NCBI GenBank assembly: GCA_016235365.1
Contig: JACRLF010000024.1
Location: 1-46,077, forward strand
Origin: Deltaproteobacteria bacterium
GTDB taxonomy: Bacteria > Desulfobacterota > GWC2-55-46
Length of the DNA stretch: 46,077 nt
Direction: 5' to 3'
In this document: in pieces, positions 18,601 to 31,728 of the stretch
Position numbering within the stretch: position 1 is the stretch's first letter
How the letters are laid out: each line of letters starts with the position of its first letter
The notes under the pieces: generated by a model
What the model saw: only the letters and a program-made list of their open reading frames with translations
Told to the model about the DNA's origin: nothing
The model's database searches: none
Position numbers and translations under genes: made by a program

Positions 18601-18720
18601 GAACATGCATGGCGAGCGCCCAGCCCGCAGCTTGGATAGCGGGGTCAAGCGAGCGAATAGAAATAAATACTTCCTTATATGTCGAAGATTAAGCGCGGCT
18701 TGCCGCGGGGAATCTTCAAG
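18601..18720. repeat. Repeat family R2, copy b
   Basis: GAACATGCATGGCGAGCGCCCAGCCCGCAGCTTGGATAGCGGGGTCAAGCGAGCG ... GCGCGGCTTGCCGCGGGGAATCTTCAAG. Collinear with copy a. Confidence 0.8.
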
Positions 18721-18812
18721 CGCCCGCAACTTGTGCTCTGGAGCCGGCGCCCGACATGCTTTTTAAAGCTCCCCGAGGCTTTTCCAGCGGGCCTCGCGCC
18801 AGCCATGCTTTT

Positions 18813-21239
18813 TCAATGCCTTATGACTGCGTCCGTCTGCTGTCCGGCGGGTTCGGCGGCAGGGGCGGCCTGCTCTTTTTCAAAGCTGGCCTTCAGATCC
18901 CTGAATATATCTTCCCTGCCCTTTACGTTAAGGGCCTGTATGAGCACCTCGTCCATATGCTCGACAAAGGACGGCTTTACCTTATCGAGGATCTGGGAGG
19001 GGATATCCTTCATGTCCTTCTCGTTCTCCTTCGGTATGAGGACCTTCGGTATCCCGGCCCTGTGCGCGGCCAGGAGCTTCTCCTTGAGCCCGCCGATGGG
19101 AAGGACCTTGCCCCTGAGCGTAATCTCGCCGGTCATCGCCACGCTTTTACGGACGGGTATCCTGATGAGGGCCGAGGCTATGGCCGTCGCCATCGTTATC
19201 CCCGCCGAGGGCCCGTCCTTCGGGATAGCGCCCTCCGGGACGTGGATATGTATGTCGAGCTTCTGGTAGAAGTCCTTTTCAAGGCCGAGCTCGGCCGCGC
19301 GGCTCCTTATGTATGTCATGGCGGCCTGCGCGGACTCCTGCATCACGTCGCCGAGTTTCCCGGTTATGGTCAGCTTCCCTTTGCCGGGCACAAGGGCGAC
19401 CTCGATGCTCAACATCTCCCCGCCGGCCTCTGTCCAGGCAAGCCCCGTCGCTACGCCCACTTCGTCGGCCTCTTCTATCACGCCGTAGCGGTACGGAGGG
19501 ACGCCCAGGAACCTCCCGAGGCTCTTGACGGTCACCGGGACACTATGGTCACGGCCCTTTTTGAGGATCTCCTTGGCCACCTTCCTGCACAGGGCGGCCA
19601 TCTGGCGCTCGAGGTTCCTTACGCCGGCCTCTTTGGTGTAACGCCTGATTACCGCGAGTATGGTCGCCTTGCTTATCTGGAAGTTCTGATTGGTAAGCCC
19701 GTGCGCCTTGAGCTGCTTCGGCAGGAGGAACTTCTCGACTATATGGAGCTTCTCGATCTCGGTATATCCGGGTATCCTTATCATCTCCATCCTGTCAAGG
19801 AGCGGATAAGGGATGCCCTGAATGGAGTTGGCCGTGGTAATGAACATTATCTTGGAAAGGTCGTAGTCGCAGTCGAGATAATGGTCGTTGAACGTGTGGT
19901 TCTGCTCCGGGTCGAGCACCTCCAAGAGCGCCGAAGCCGGGTCGCCCCTGAAGTCATGGCTCATCTTGTCGACCTCGTCGAGGAGGAAGACGGGGTTATT
20001 GGAGCCGGCCTTCTTGAGCGACTGGATGATCTTGCCGGGCATCGAGCCTATGTACGTCCTTCTGTGACCCCTTACCTCGGCCTCGTCCTTCACCCCGCCG
20101 AGGGACAGGCGGACGAAGTTCCTGGCCGTGGCCCTGGCGATGGATTTGGCGAGCGAGGTCTTGCCCACGCCCGGGGGGCCAACGAGGCAGAGTATCGGCC
20201 CCTTCATCTCATCGACGAGCCCCCTTACGGCGAGGTACTCCACAATCCTCTCCTTGACGTTCTTGAGCCCGTAGTGGTCTTCCTCGAGCACCCGCTCGGC
20301 CTCGGCGATGTCTATCTTCTCCTCGGTCACAAAGTCCCACGGAAGGCTGACGAGCCAGTCTATGTAGTTCCTGGACACCGTCGCCTCCGCCGACATCGGG
20401 GACATGAGCCTGAGCTTTTTTATCTCCTGCCTGGCTTTTTTCGCGGCCTCCTTGGACATCTTCTTGGACTTTATCTTGTCCTCGAACTCCTGGATCTCGG
20501 TCTTGAACTCGTCTTTTTCACCGAGCTCCTTCTGGATGGCCTTCATCTGCTCGCTCAGGTAGTATTCCTTCTGGGTCTTCTCCATCTGGCGCTTTACACG
20601 CTGGCGGATCTTCTGCTCTACCTCGAGTATCTCTATCTCGCTCTCCATGAGGCTGTAGAGCTTTTCAAGCCTCCTTGTCGGGCTGGCGATGGCAAGGAGG
20701 GACTGCTTGTCCTCGATCTTTATGGTCAGGTGCGAGGCGATGGTGTCGGAGAGCCTGCTCGGGTCCTCGATGGTGGAGACGCTCATTATCATCTCGGGCG
20801 GGACCCTCTTGTTGAACTTGACGTAGGTCTCGAAGGACTTCACGACGGAGCGGACAAGGGCCTCGGTCTCAACCGTCTCGTCTATCAGCCCGTCGACCTC
20901 CTCGACGCTCACCATGAAACACTCGTCCTCGGAGACGAACTCCTTGATCCTGGCCCTCCTCTTGCCCTCTACCAGCACCTTGACCGTGCCGTCGGGGAGC
21001 CTCAGGAGCTGTAGTATGGTCCCGAGGGTGCCGACGTCGTAGATATCGTCAGGGGCCGGGTCTTCTGTCTTGGCCTTTTTCTGGGCCGCAAGGAGTATCG
21101 ACTTGTCGTTGCCCATTGCGTGCTCGAGGGCCTTGATGGACTTCTCCCTGCCCACGAAAAGAGGCACGACCATGTACGGGAATATTATTATATCCCTTAA
21201 CGGTATCAAGGGTATCACAAACTTATTGTCCTTTTTCAA
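18813..21239 (-). CDS. lon: ATP-dependent Lon protease
   Basis: 808 aa. N-domain [26 protein letters not shown]. Walker [11 protein letters not shown]. Protease Ser motif [13 protein letters not shown] start at 21239 preceded by GGAGGGAGAG. Confidence 0.95.
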   Translation of the reverse strand: MKKDNKFVIPLIPLRDIIIFPYMVVPLFVGREKSIKALEHAMGNDKSILLAAQKKAKTEDPAPDDIYDVGTLGTILQLLRLPDGTVKVLVEGKRRARIKEFVSEDECFMVSVEEVDGLIDETVETEALVRSVVKSFETYVKFNKRVPPEMIMSVSTIEDPSRLSDTIASHLTIKIEDKQSLLAIASPTRRLEKLYSLMESEIEILEVEQKIRQRVKRQMEKTQKEYYLSEQMKAIQKELGEKDEFKTEIQEFEDKIKSKKMSKEAAKKARQEIKKLRLMSPMSAEATVSRNYIDWLVSLPWDFVTEEKIDIAEAERVLEEDHYGLKNVKERIVEYLAVRGLVDEMKGPILCLVGPPGVGKTSLAKSIARATARNFVRLSLGGVKDEAEVRGHRRTYIGSMPGKIIQSLKKAGSNNPVFLLDEVDKMSHDFRGDPASALLEVLDPEQNHTFNDHYLDCDYDLSKIMFITTANSIQGIPYPLLDRMEMIRIPGYTEIEKLHIVEKFLLPKQLKAHGLTNQNFQISKATILAVIRRYTKEAGVRNLERQMAALCRKVAKEILKKGRDHSVPVTVKSLGRFLGVPPYRYGVIEEADEVGVATGLAWTEAGGEMLSIEVALVPGKGKLTITGKLGDVMQESAQAAMTYIRSRAAELGLEKDFYQKLDIHIHVPEGAIPKDGPSAGITMATAIASALIRIPVRKSVAMTGEITLRGKVLPIGGLKEKLLAAHRAGIPKVLIPKENEKDMKDIPSQILDKVKPSFVEHMDEVLIQALNVKGREDIFRDLKASFEKEQAAPAAEPAGQQTDAVIRH

Positions 21240-21331
21240 ATCTCTCCCTCCGTTGACTCCTGTGAAACGTCCCCCCTGTTTTAAACAGCGAGGGGCCTTG
21301 ATAGCGTCAAAAAAGCCAGCCGCCGCGCTGC

Positions 21332-22582
21332 TCAGGCGGTTTCAGCCCTGTTGCCGTAGACTATGATGGGCTTCGCCTTCTCGAATATCACGTCCTCGTT
21401 TACGATGCACTCCTTGATATTGGTCTGGGACGGCAGCTCGTACATGGTATCGAGCATCACGTTCTCGAGTATGGCCCGCAATCCCCTGGCCCCGGCCTTC
21501 CTTATCATGGACTCCTTGGCTATTGCGCCGAGCGCGCCGTCCGTGAACTTGAGCTTTACGTTCTCGAACTCGAAGAGCTTCTGGTACTGCTTGATTATGG
21601 CGTTCCTCGGCTCGGTGAGTATCCTCACCAGGTCCTTCTCGCTCAGCTCGTCGAGCACGGCTATGACCGGGAGCCTGCCCATGAACTCGGGGATGAGGCC
21701 GTAACGTATGAAGTCCTGCGGCTCAACGTCATGGAGGAGCTTTGTGGACGCGGCTGACGCGGTCTTTTTGCCCTCCGCGCTGAAGCCCACGGTCCTCTTG
21801 CCGACCCTCTGGGAGACTATGGTCTCCATCCCGGTAAAGGCGCCGCCGCATACAAATAGTATGTTGGTGGTATCGACCTGCAGGAACTCCTGCTGGGGGT
21901 GCTTCCTGCCGCCCTTGGGCGGGACGTTGGCGACTGTCCCCTCGATTATCTTAAGGAGCGCCTGCTGCACGCCTTCGCCGGAGACGTCCCTCGTGATGGA
22001 GGGGCTGTCGCTCTTCCTTGATATCTTGTCTATCTCGTCTATGTATACTATGCCCTTCTGACACCTCTCGATATCGTACTCGGCGTTCTGCAGGAGGCTC
22101 AAAATGATGTTCTCGACGTCCTCGCCGACGTATCCGGCCTCCGTAAGCGTGGTGGCGTCGGCTATGGTGAACGGGACGTTCAATATCTTCGCGAGGGTCT
22201 GCGCCAGAAGGGTCTTTCCCGACCCTGTCGGGCCGACAAGGAGTATGTTGCTCTTCTGAAGCTCGACGTTCCCGAGCGCGACCCTGCTCTCTATCCTCTT
22301 GTAATGGTTGTGCACGGCGACGGAGAGCACCTTTTTGGCGTGTTCCTGCCCCACGACGTACTCGTCGAGTATCTTCTTTATCTCGAAAGGCTTGGGTATG
22401 GTATGCTCGCGCTTCTTGAACTCCTCTTTTTCGTACTCCTCGGCTATTATGTCGTTGCAGAGCTCTATGCACTCGTCGCAGATATATACCATGGGCCCGG
22501 CAACAAGCTTCCTGACCTCATCCTGCCCTTTGCTGCAGAATGAACATGTCAGGTAACTGCCGCTTTTTTTGTTGGTCGACAT
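21332..22582 (-). CDS. clpX: ATP-dependent Clp protease ATP-binding subunit ClpX
   Basis: Zinc-binding N-domain CSFCSK...CDECIELC. Walker [16 protein letters not shown]. 416 aa. Confidence 0.95.
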   Translation of the reverse strand: MSTNKKSGSYLTCSFCSKGQDEVRKLVAGPMVYICDECIELCNDIIAEEYEKEEFKKREHTIPKPFEIKKILDEYVVGQEHAKKVLSVAVHNHYKRIESRVALGNVELQKSNILLVGPTGSGKTLLAQTLAKILNVPFTIADATTLTEAGYVGEDVENIILSLLQNAEYDIERCQKGIVYIDEIDKISRKSDSPSITRDVSGEGVQQALLKIIEGTVANVPPKGGRKHPQQEFLQVDTTNILFVCGGAFTGMETIVSQRVGKRTVGFSAEGKKTASAASTKLLHDVEPQDFIRYGLIPEFMGRLPVIAVLDELSEKDLVRILTEPRNAIIKQYQKLFEFENVKLKFTDGALGAIAKESMIRKAGARGLRAILENVMLDTMYELPSQTNIKECIVNEDVIFEKAKPIIVYGNRAETA

Positions 22583-22855
22583 CGTCTATCCTCCGGATTT
22601 TGCTGATAACAGCTCGGGCAATCGCCCCGGCTTGCCCGCCATCCCTCCGCGGTTGCGGCGGACTTTTAATGTTTCCTTCGGGGTCTAATTAAGCGCAGCT
22701 TGCCGCGCAAGCTATGATCGACAGTATCTTCGGATGGGCCATAGCTTGCTGCGGGGAGGTTCATGCCCGGTATCGCCCGCCGCACCCCCTCTGCGTTGCG
22801 CTCTCAAGCCCCTGCCAGACCCCTCTCGGATAGGGCGGGGACCCCCGCCGGGACC

Positions 22856-23464
22856 CTACCTTGGTTTTAGCTGTTCGGAAAAGGTCCTCTTCTCTATAAC
22901 TTTATCAATTATACCATATTCCATGGCCTGTTGCCCAGTCATATAAAAGTCCCTCTCGGTATCCCGGTATATCTTGTCGATTGGCTGGGCGGAATGTTTC
23001 GCGAGGATTTTCGTCAGTTCTTCCCTTATCCTTAGTATTTCCCTGGCCTGAATATCTATTTCCGTAGCCTGGCCCTGCGCCCCTCCGAGAGGCTGGTGTA
23101 TTAGAATCCTTGAGTTGGGCAGGGCGAACCTCTTTCCGGCGGCCCCGCCGGCCAGGAGGAGGGCGCCCATGGAGGCCGCCTGCCCTATGCATATCGTAGA
23201 TACGTCGGCTTTCACGTACTGCATGGTGTCGTATATGGCGAGCCCGGCGCTGACCAGGCCGCCCGGGGAGTTTACGTAGAGGTTTATGTCCTTGTCCGGG
23301 TCTTCCGATTCGAGGAAGAGGAGCTGGGCCACTATGAGATTGGCCACGTTGTCGTCCACGGCGTTGCCGAGGAAGATTATCCTGTCCTTAAGGAGCCTTG
23401 AGTAGATGTCATACGCCCTCTCCCCGCGGCCCGTCTGCTCAACTACCATCGGGATTAAAGTCAT
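22856..23464 (-). CDS. clpP: ATP-dependent Clp protease proteolytic subunit ClpP
   Basis: [16 protein letters not shown], catalytic Ser in [11 protein letters not shown], His in [10 protein letters not shown]. 202 aa. Confidence 0.95.
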   Translation of the reverse strand: MTLIPMVVEQTGRGERAYDIYSRLLKDRIIFLGNAVDDNVANLIVAQLLFLESEDPDKDINLYVNSPGGLVSAGLAIYDTMQYVKADVSTICIGQAASMGALLLAGGAAGKRFALPNSRILIHQPLGGAQGQATEIDIQAREILRIREELTKILAKHSAQPIDKIYRDTERDFYMTGQQAMEYGIIDKVIEKRTFSEQLKPR

Positions 23465-23536
23465 GCGCCCTCCTCCTGTATCATTCCGGTTTTTCTCTTA
23501 ACAGGCCGCTGAAAAAGCCCCAACCGCGGCGTCAAT

Positions 23537-23600
23537 GAACATGCATAGCGGGCATCCAGCCCGCTACAAGTTGCGGGGAATGCGCTCGCTATGCATGTTC
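23537..23600. repeat. Repeat family R2, single-hairpin unit (self-palindromic)
   Basis: GAACATGCATAGCG-GGCATCCAGCCCGCTACAAGTTGCGGGGAATGCG-CGCTATGCATGTTC. Followed at 23600-23790 by further G/C-tract palindromes (CCCTCTCCCGCAAGGGGAGAGGG etc.). Confidence 0.7.
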
Positions 23601-23800
23601 AACTCACACCCCTCACCCTACCCTCTCCCGCAAGGGGAGAGGGTGCAACTAAAAACCTCCCCTCCCTCGACGGGAGGGGATAGAGGGGAGGGTGATGCCT
23701 ATAAAGACTCTCTAACCCTCACTGGAAGTCTTCGCCTGGAAGGCGAGGGATTTAGATCCCATTGTGAGACATTAATCAGAGGTTCCTTAGCTACTTCTTC

Positions 23801-25102
23801 TCAAGCAACAGCCGCATTGCTTGCCTCCAGGATGAGATCGAAGACCTTCTCGTGCTTCAACCCGTCCTTGATCACCTCCATGGCCCCTTCCCTCTCTATC
23901 CTCGATAGGAGCGACTCGTAGGGGACCTTCCTCGACTCCGCGAGGTGCCTTACGGCCTTCTCGGTATCCTCCTCCGTTATCTGTATATTCTCCCTAACTG
24001 AGATGGCGTCAAGGATTATGTCTTCCTTTACGGACCTTACGGCCATAACGCGGTATTTGGCCTTCAGTTCTTCGGGCGAGAGGTTGGCGTCAGCGGGGTC
24101 GGCGTTGCCGTGCTTCATGTTCTCGACCACCCTGCCGAGTATGACGCCCAAGTACCTGTTGACGAGGGCTTCAGGGACTTCAAAATCGTACTTCTGCGTC
24201 AGCTTGTCGAGTATCTCCGTCTTGAGACCCTCCTTGACGCTTATCTGCTTGACCCTGGCAAGCTCGTCCTTCACCTTGAGTTTAAGCCCATTGAGGTCGT
24301 CGCATCCGAGGCCCTTGGCGAACTCGTCGTCGAGCCTGGGGACGGATTTCTCCTTTACGGCCTTTACGGTTATCTTGAAAAGGGCCTCATTGCCCGCCAG
24401 GCCCGGTTCGCTGTAGTTGGCCGGGAAGGTGACGTTAGCCTCCCTTGCGTCCCCTTTTGCGGCGCCCAACAGCGCCTCATCAAAACCGGGCAGCAGGGTC
24501 TTCTCTCCTATTACCGTCGGATAATCCGACCCCTTGCCGTTTTTTATGGGTTGCCCTTCGATGAAGCCTTCGAAGTCGATGACTACCATGTCGCCGCTTG
24601 CCGCCTGCCTTTCGACTTCATTGTATTCGGCGCGCCCCTCGCGCAGCCTTGCAAGCCCGTCTTCCATATCCTTATCGGTGACCTCTATCGTTCCCTGCTT
24701 GAGCTCCATCCCCCTGTACTCGGTTATCTCCACCTTCGGGGAGACATCCACTGTCACGGAGAAGGCGAAGTCCGTGCCTTCCCTCAGTCCTTTTGAGATG
24801 ATCTCCACCTTCGGGGCCTCTACGGGGATGAGTTCCTTCTCCCTGATCGCGCGGGGGTATGACGATTCGACGAGGCTCTTTGCCACGTCCTCTTCGACGC
24901 CGGCTGAGAACTTGCTCTTGAGCATGCTCATGGGCACATTGCCCTTTCTAAAACCGGCGATGGCCGCGGTCGCCCTGAGGGACTGATAAGCCGCATCCAA
25001 CTCACTCTTGACCCGCGGCGCCCCTATGGTGATGTTGAGCTTCTTTTTTACCTGGCTTAAATCCTCGAGTTCGATCCTGAAGTCGTTGTCCGTGTTCTGC
25101 AT
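23801..25102 (-). CDS. tig: Trigger factor (ribosome-associated peptidyl-prolyl isomerase/chaperone)
   Basis: 433 aa. N-terminal ribosome-binding signature AGFRKGNVP. Central FKBP-like region. Classic tig-clpP-clpX-lon order. Confidence 0.93.
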   Translation of the reverse strand: MQNTDNDFRIELEDLSQVKKKLNITIGAPRVKSELDAAYQSLRATAAIAGFRKGNVPMSMLKSKFSAGVEEDVAKSLVESSYPRAIREKELIPVEAPKVEIISKGLREGTDFAFSVTVDVSPKVEITEYRGMELKQGTIEVTDKDMEDGLARLREGRAEYNEVERQAASGDMVVIDFEGFIEGQPIKNGKGSDYPTVIGEKTLLPGFDEALLGAAKGDAREANVTFPANYSEPGLAGNEALFKITVKAVKEKSVPRLDDEFAKGLGCDDLNGLKLKVKDELARVKQISVKEGLKTEILDKLTQKYDFEVPEALVNRYLGVILGRVVENMKHGNADPADANLSPEELKAKYRVMAVRSVKEDIILDAISVRENIQITEEDTEKAVRHLAESRKVPYESLLSRIEREGAMEVIKDGLKHEKVFDLILEASNAAVA

Positions 25103-25247
25103 TTTACCTTTCCTTTTACGTTCCGCTTATTTGCGTTTATTTTATCTTTCTGAAAACCAGGGGAGTGATCACTGAAACATGCGCGGCTGGCGTCCCCATA
25201 GAGCCATGTCTTAAAGAGGGCTCATTGCGCCCGGTGAAGATGTCAAA

Positions 25248-25330
25248 TGGTGCGAGAGGGGGGAATCGAACCCCCATGGTTGCCCACCAGATCCTAAGTC
25301 TGGCGCGTCTGCCAGTTCCGCCACTCTCGC
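25248..25330 (-). tRNA. tRNA-Leu (anticodon TAG), CCA encoded
   Basis: Minus strand: GCGAGAG TG GCGGAACTGGCAGACGC G CCAGA CTTAGGA TCTGG TGGGCAACCAT GGGGG TTCGATT CCCCC CTCTCGC A CCA. Long variable arm. Confidence 0.9.
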
Positions 25331-25508
25331 AAGCGTACGAAAGCGGGTCAAGGAGCGATTAACACCCTGCCGCCGAAGCGGACTCCCCTCACCCGCAACG
25401 CTACGAGCGGACCCATGAGAAGAACAAAAAAAACGGACACAGGGCCGCCTTGCAAAGACATATGCCCGCATCCAGAATGCACTAACGCTCCGAAACGGAT
25501 ACTGATGA

Positions 25509-25685
25509 CCTAACAGGTTGTCGAAAAACCCTCGCGTCCGTTCAGGCTGTTCAAAAAGCTCCCGACCCACGCCACTTGGCGTGGGAGGCGTCGAGGAGCG
25601 AGGAATGAGGCGTATTTTGTCCAGACGCCGCGGTGACGAGCGACGATGACAACGCAGTAGATGGACTTTTTCAACAGCCTGCTAA
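25509..25685. repeat. Repeat family R1, copy 2
   Basis: Collinear with 3221-3405 (same orientation). 8 bp shorter (GGGAGGCG versus GGGTGCCCCGAAGGCG). Confidence 0.8.
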
Positions 25686-25841
25686 CTGATAAAAGCTATG
25701 AACCACCCCGGAGCAACCTCCGGTATATCCGAAGGAAACACTAAAATATCAGGCAATTTGTGCTATGCGTCAGTATTATAAGGTATTCAAAGATACCTTG
25801 CAACAAAAAATACAACCTATAGATCGGGCCGTCAGGCCGTT

Positions 25842-25954
25842 AAAATTCTCCGCGGCAAGCCGCGGAGAATTTTCAAGTAATGAATTTATCGTTTGCAATT
25901 CGCTCGCTCCTCCCCATAGCTTGGATAGCGGGGAATCCGCTCGCTATGCTTGTT
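25842..25954. repeat. Repeat family R2, copy d
   Basis: AAAATTCTCCGCGGCAAGCCGCGGAGAATTTT ... TTCGCTCGCTCCTCCCCATAGCTTGGATAGCGGGGAATCCGCTCGCTATGCTTGTT. Nearly identical in layout to 39193-39303. Confidence 0.8.
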
Positions 25955-26200
25955 AAAAAGGCGTATTTTACGCCATTGCGAGGGGTGTTGTGAGGCGACG
26001 GCCTCTATCCTGGAATCGACCCTCGCCTGAATTGACAGGGGGCTTAAAAAACTCAAGACAAGGTCATTGCGAACGGAGTGTATTTATCAAGGATGAGATT
26101 GCTTCGCTACGCTCGCAAAGACGACAAATCAAGTTTTTCAGCGCCCTGCTCGGATTTCGGAACGATAGAAAAACGGGTATTCCTTCCGGGGATGGCGGAT

Positions 26201-26229
26201 AAAAAAAGGGCAGGCCGTTTGGCCTGCCC
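26201..26229 (-). terminator. Rho-independent terminator after the porin gene (hairpin is symmetrical and could act in both directions)
   Basis: GGGCAGGCC-GTTT-GGCCTGCCC, a 9-bp GC stem. Flanked by A7 on the plus-strand 5' side (T7 on the minus strand) and T4 on the 3' side. Lies 30 nt after the stop at 26261. Confidence 0.8.
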
Positions 26230-26260
26230 TTTTAGTCATGACTCCACATGTTGCCTGCGA

Positions 26261-27613
26261 TTAGAAGTTCGCCGTAAGCATCATGTACGCCCAGTCCTGG
26301 TCCTGCTTGTCGGAATTGGCTGTGGCTTTTATCCTGTCCTTTATGAACTTGCCGGAGAACAGGTGGCTGTAGCCGACCTGCGCCGCTACGGCGCTGTTGT
26401 ACTTGTAGGTGGCCGTAAGGTCTATCTCGTTGCCGATGCTGCTGTTGGTCTCCGTGGCGCTGGCGGCGCGAAGCCCGGTGGGAGTGGTGTTCCAGTTGGC
26501 GTCCGCGTACCAGGCGTCATGCTTCTGAGCGAGCTTCAGGTTCCACAGCTCGGCGGCGAGCTTGAGCTTGTCGGTCACGTCGGCTGACGCTGTGAGGCCG
26601 AAGGCCTTTACGTTCCTCCCTGCCTGTATGTCCATGAGGCCGAGCTTGTCATGGGTTGAGGGGAAGAGCATAGTGAAGGTCTTGATGTCGTTGTTTGATG
26701 CGTCGTTGTCGCCTGATGCATAGTCATACTCGAGGCCTACCCTCACCTTTGTCGGGGTCGGCAGGGTATAACCGACCTTCGCGAAGGCGGCCCAGCCCTT
26801 CAGGTTGTAGCTGGTGGTCCTCGTGTCTATGGACCCGGACTGGAGCGGCAACTCGAGGGTATAGTCAAGACCCGCAACCGCGCCCTTGAGCCTCGCGCCG
26901 TAGGTGTAGAGGCTCTGTGCGGAGTCTATCGTGCCGGTTATGGCGGTGTTGCCTATCGTTGTGCCCCAGCCGAATGCGTTGTTGCCGGACTGGAGGCCGT
27001 CACGGAGCCAGAGGACATAGAGGTCAAGGGTGTTGTTGGGGATCGCCTTGACCGTGGCGTATATGCCGGTGAAGTCCTGGTCGGTGCTGGTCGTGGTGCT
27101 CTCCCTTATCTTGGACGTAAAGAGGTCTACGTTGACAGGGGCCGACGTATAGACGAACTTGAGCGCGTCGAAAGACCTGTCGTTGTTGCCCCAGGCAGAG
27201 GTGGCTACGAGCCTGCCGTCGCCGTAGAAGAGCTCCTGGCGTCCAGCCCTGAGCGATACCGGCGCGCCGAAGAGGTTATTGATGTTGACGTATGACTCGT
27301 GGAAGTCGAGCGTATTGCCGGTGTCGGTCAGCGCGGGGCCGCCAGCGGTGCTGGTTGATGCGCCCCAGGTCCTTGTGTCCTGGAGGGTGATCTTTATGGA
27401 TGTGTCGTCCGTTGCCTTTGCATCCGCCGTGAGCCTTACCCTCTGGCCCCATGAGTCCGTGTGGTCGTTTACGTTGCCGTTGAAGTCCGCATCGTTCCTG
27501 TATTCACCCCTGAGCCTGTACTGGCCGCTTAATGTTACATCCGCCGCGTCGGCCGGGACAACGTATGCAGCGGCAAGAGCCGCTGCGAAGACAGACAACA
27601 AAATTCTTTTCAT
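26261..27613 (-). CDS. Outer-membrane beta-barrel protein (porin-like, possibly alginate-export/AlgE-like family)
   Basis: Signal peptide MKRILLSVFAAALAAAYVVPADA. Alternating amphipathic beta-strand pattern with Y/G/D-rich turns. LSGQYRLRGEYRNDADF opening strand. C-terminal ...YMMLTANF (terminal Phe OMP signature). The family assignment is from memory only. Confidence 0.75.
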   Translation of the reverse strand: MKRILLSVFAAALAAAYVVPADAADVTLSGQYRLRGEYRNDADFNGNVNDHTDSWGQRVRLTADAKATDDTSIKITLQDTRTWGASTSTAGGPALTDTGNTLDFHESYVNINNLFGAPVSLRAGRQELFYGDGRLVATSAWGNNDRSFDALKFVYTSAPVNVDLFTSKIRESTTTSTDQDFTGIYATVKAIPNNTLDLYVLWLRDGLQSGNNAFGWGTTIGNTAITGTIDSAQSLYTYGARLKGAVAGLDYTLELPLQSGSIDTRTTSYNLKGWAAFAKVGYTLPTPTKVRVGLEYDYASGDNDASNNDIKTFTMLFPSTHDKLGLMDIQAGRNVKAFGLTASADVTDKLKLAAELWNLKLAQKHDAWYADANWNTTPTGLRAASATETNSSIGNEIDLTATYKYNSAVAAQVGYSHLFSGKFIKDRIKATANSDKQDQDWAYMMLTANF

Positions 27614-27889
27614 CCTTCTTCCTCCTTGTATTTGGTAGTTATTACTGCCCTCTGATGTTTAGCGCCGCGGGAAAAACGGCGCGTTGCCTCTCTTAGGTTA
27701 CGGCTCGGGCTCGGCTTTCATAACTCTCCACAGGCATATCCATGCGCGATGGACACGCCTTGCTCTACTCTCCCGCCCCAATCCATCCGGCCGCAGACCC
27801 TTTGATTACAGGCCCTGAGGGCGCATGGAACTTTGCGACAACGCTGCTTTTATGGATTGGCGGAGCTATTCCGAATTTAGATTGATATT

Positions 27890-27918
27890 GTTATACACAA
27901 CATTGCAAACCGTGTCAA
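27890..27918 (-). promoter_or_regulatory. Near-consensus sigma70 promoter facing the porin gene
   Basis: Minus strand: TTGACA (27918-27913), a 17-nt spacer, then TATAAC (27895-27890). Predicts a leader of roughly 270 nt before the ATG at 27613. Confidence 0.6.
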
Positions 27919-28082
27919 GCATTTTAAAGGGACGCTTTGAAAAAAAATAAAGCCGTCCGCGCGGCGTATTTTTTCATGACATCGGCCCGGTATCCAGCGA
28001 CCTAAAATCCGCGGGGCAAGCCGCTCCCCAGGCGCTCGCCGTGCGTCCCAAAGCCCTATACAGACGCGAAACGGACGGCCTG

Positions 28083-29051
28083 TCAAATGACGCCGGCCTT
28101 TACAAGGTCGTGCATGTGTACCACCCCCGCGGCCTCACCCCCGTCGTCGTGCACGAAGAGCGAGGTGATGGAGTGCTCCTCCATCTGCTTCAGGGCCGCC
28201 TCGGCAAGGGCGTCCACGGATATCGTCTTCGGGCTACTGGTCATGACGTCAACGACTTTTTTCTCAAGGACGTCGCCCCCCTGCTCTATCGCCCTCCTCA
28301 GGTCGCCGTCGGTTATCACGCCGATAATCCTCCTGCCCCTGAAAACGCCGGTCAGCCCCATGCGCTTTGCGGTCATCTCTATTACGGCATCCTTCATCGA
28401 GGCGTTTACCGAGACCCTCGGCATGGACGCGCCCGTGTGCATCAGCTCACCGACCCTCATCAGCTTCCTGCCGAGGCTTCCGGCGGGGTGGAGGTTGGCG
28501 AAGTCCTCGGCCTTGAAATCCCGCGCATCGAGGAGCGCGATGGCCAGGGCATCTCCCATGGCCAGGCACGCGGTCGTGGAGGCGGTGGGGGCGAGCCCCA
28601 GGGAGCAGGCCTCTTCCTTGACCCCGACGTCGAGGACCGCGTCCCCGCTGCGCGCAAGGGTCGAGTCCATCCTGCCGGTCATGGCTATCGTCTTGACGCC
28701 CATGCGCTTAACCAGCGGCATCACCTTTATAAGCTCCTCGGTCTCCCCGGAATTGGATACGGCAAGGAGTATGTCGTTCTTCATTATCATGCCCAGGTCC
28801 CCGTGGACCCCTTCCGCCGGGTGGAGGAAGAACGCCGGGGTCCCGGTCGAGGCGAGAGTTGAGGCTATCTTCTGGCAGATTATCCCGCTCTTGCCCATGC
28901 CGCTTACCACGACCTTGCCGGTGGTGGAGAGGATGATCTCCACCGCACGGGAGAAGTTGCCGTCAAGACGCCTCTTGAGGGCGGATATTGCCCCGGCCTC
29001 GATATCGAGCACCCTTCTGGCCGTTGCTAACGCGCTCTTTTTATCCATCAT
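28083..29051 (-). CDS. kdsD: Arabinose-5-phosphate isomerase (KdsD/KpsF; SIS domain plus CBS pair)
   Basis: SIS motifs VVVSGMGKSGIICQKIASTLASTG and AVSNSGETEE. C-terminal tandem CBS domains. 322 aa. Confidence 0.9.
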   Translation of the reverse strand: MMDKKSALATARRVLDIEAGAISALKRRLDGNFSRAVEIILSTTGKVVVSGMGKSGIICQKIASTLASTGTPAFFLHPAEGVHGDLGMIMKNDILLAVSNSGETEELIKVMPLVKRMGVKTIAMTGRMDSTLARSGDAVLDVGVKEEACSLGLAPTASTTACLAMGDALAIALLDARDFKAEDFANLHPAGSLGRKLMRVGELMHTGASMPRVSVNASMKDAVIEMTAKRMGLTGVFRGRRIIGVITDGDLRRAIEQGGDVLEKKVVDVMTSSPKTISVDALAEAALKQMEEHSITSLFVHDDGGEAAGVVHMHDLVKAGVI

Positions 29052-29126
29052 ATACCGTCGCCTCTATTATGGATGCCTCATGATTGTCCCCGCCAGCCGC
29101 CGGCCTTTGCCGCGTGGGGATGGACG

Positions 29127-31728
<2,602 letters not shown>

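Noticed and set aside
18326-18639. Pro-rich small ORFs (88 and 82 aa) downstream of the tRNA genes
   Set aside because: They translate a C-tract/palindromic repeat region (CCCCTGCCCCACTTGCCCCCTC...) plus part of R2 copy b. They are repeat-derived, with no RBS and no coding periodicity.
17827-18720. Repeated hairpin units as a possible CRISPR array
   Set aside because: The units are ~115 bp composite palindromes. They occur in both orientations, tens to thousands of bp apart, without regular repeat-spacer periodicity. No cas genes are in the window.
18756-21014. 752-aa plus-strand ORF (and other long ORFs at 15599-17503, 4875-6068, 6141-7544, 8460-9407, 30691-31659, 28087-29130)
   Set aside because: Each lies antisense to a gene with unmistakable conserved motifs (lon, MCP, kinase, wspR, pyrG, kdsD). 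Their translations are low-complexity, R/G/P/L/H-rich strings with no motifs. These are typical open antisense frames in GC-rich DNA.
27770-27866. Porin leader as a c-di-GMP class I (GEMM) riboswitch
   Set aside because: Only a GUCGCAAAG-like string resembles the conserved ACGCAAAGC core. I could not find the tetraloop/receptor hairpin pair or the rest of the consensus. It is reported only as an unclassified structured leader.
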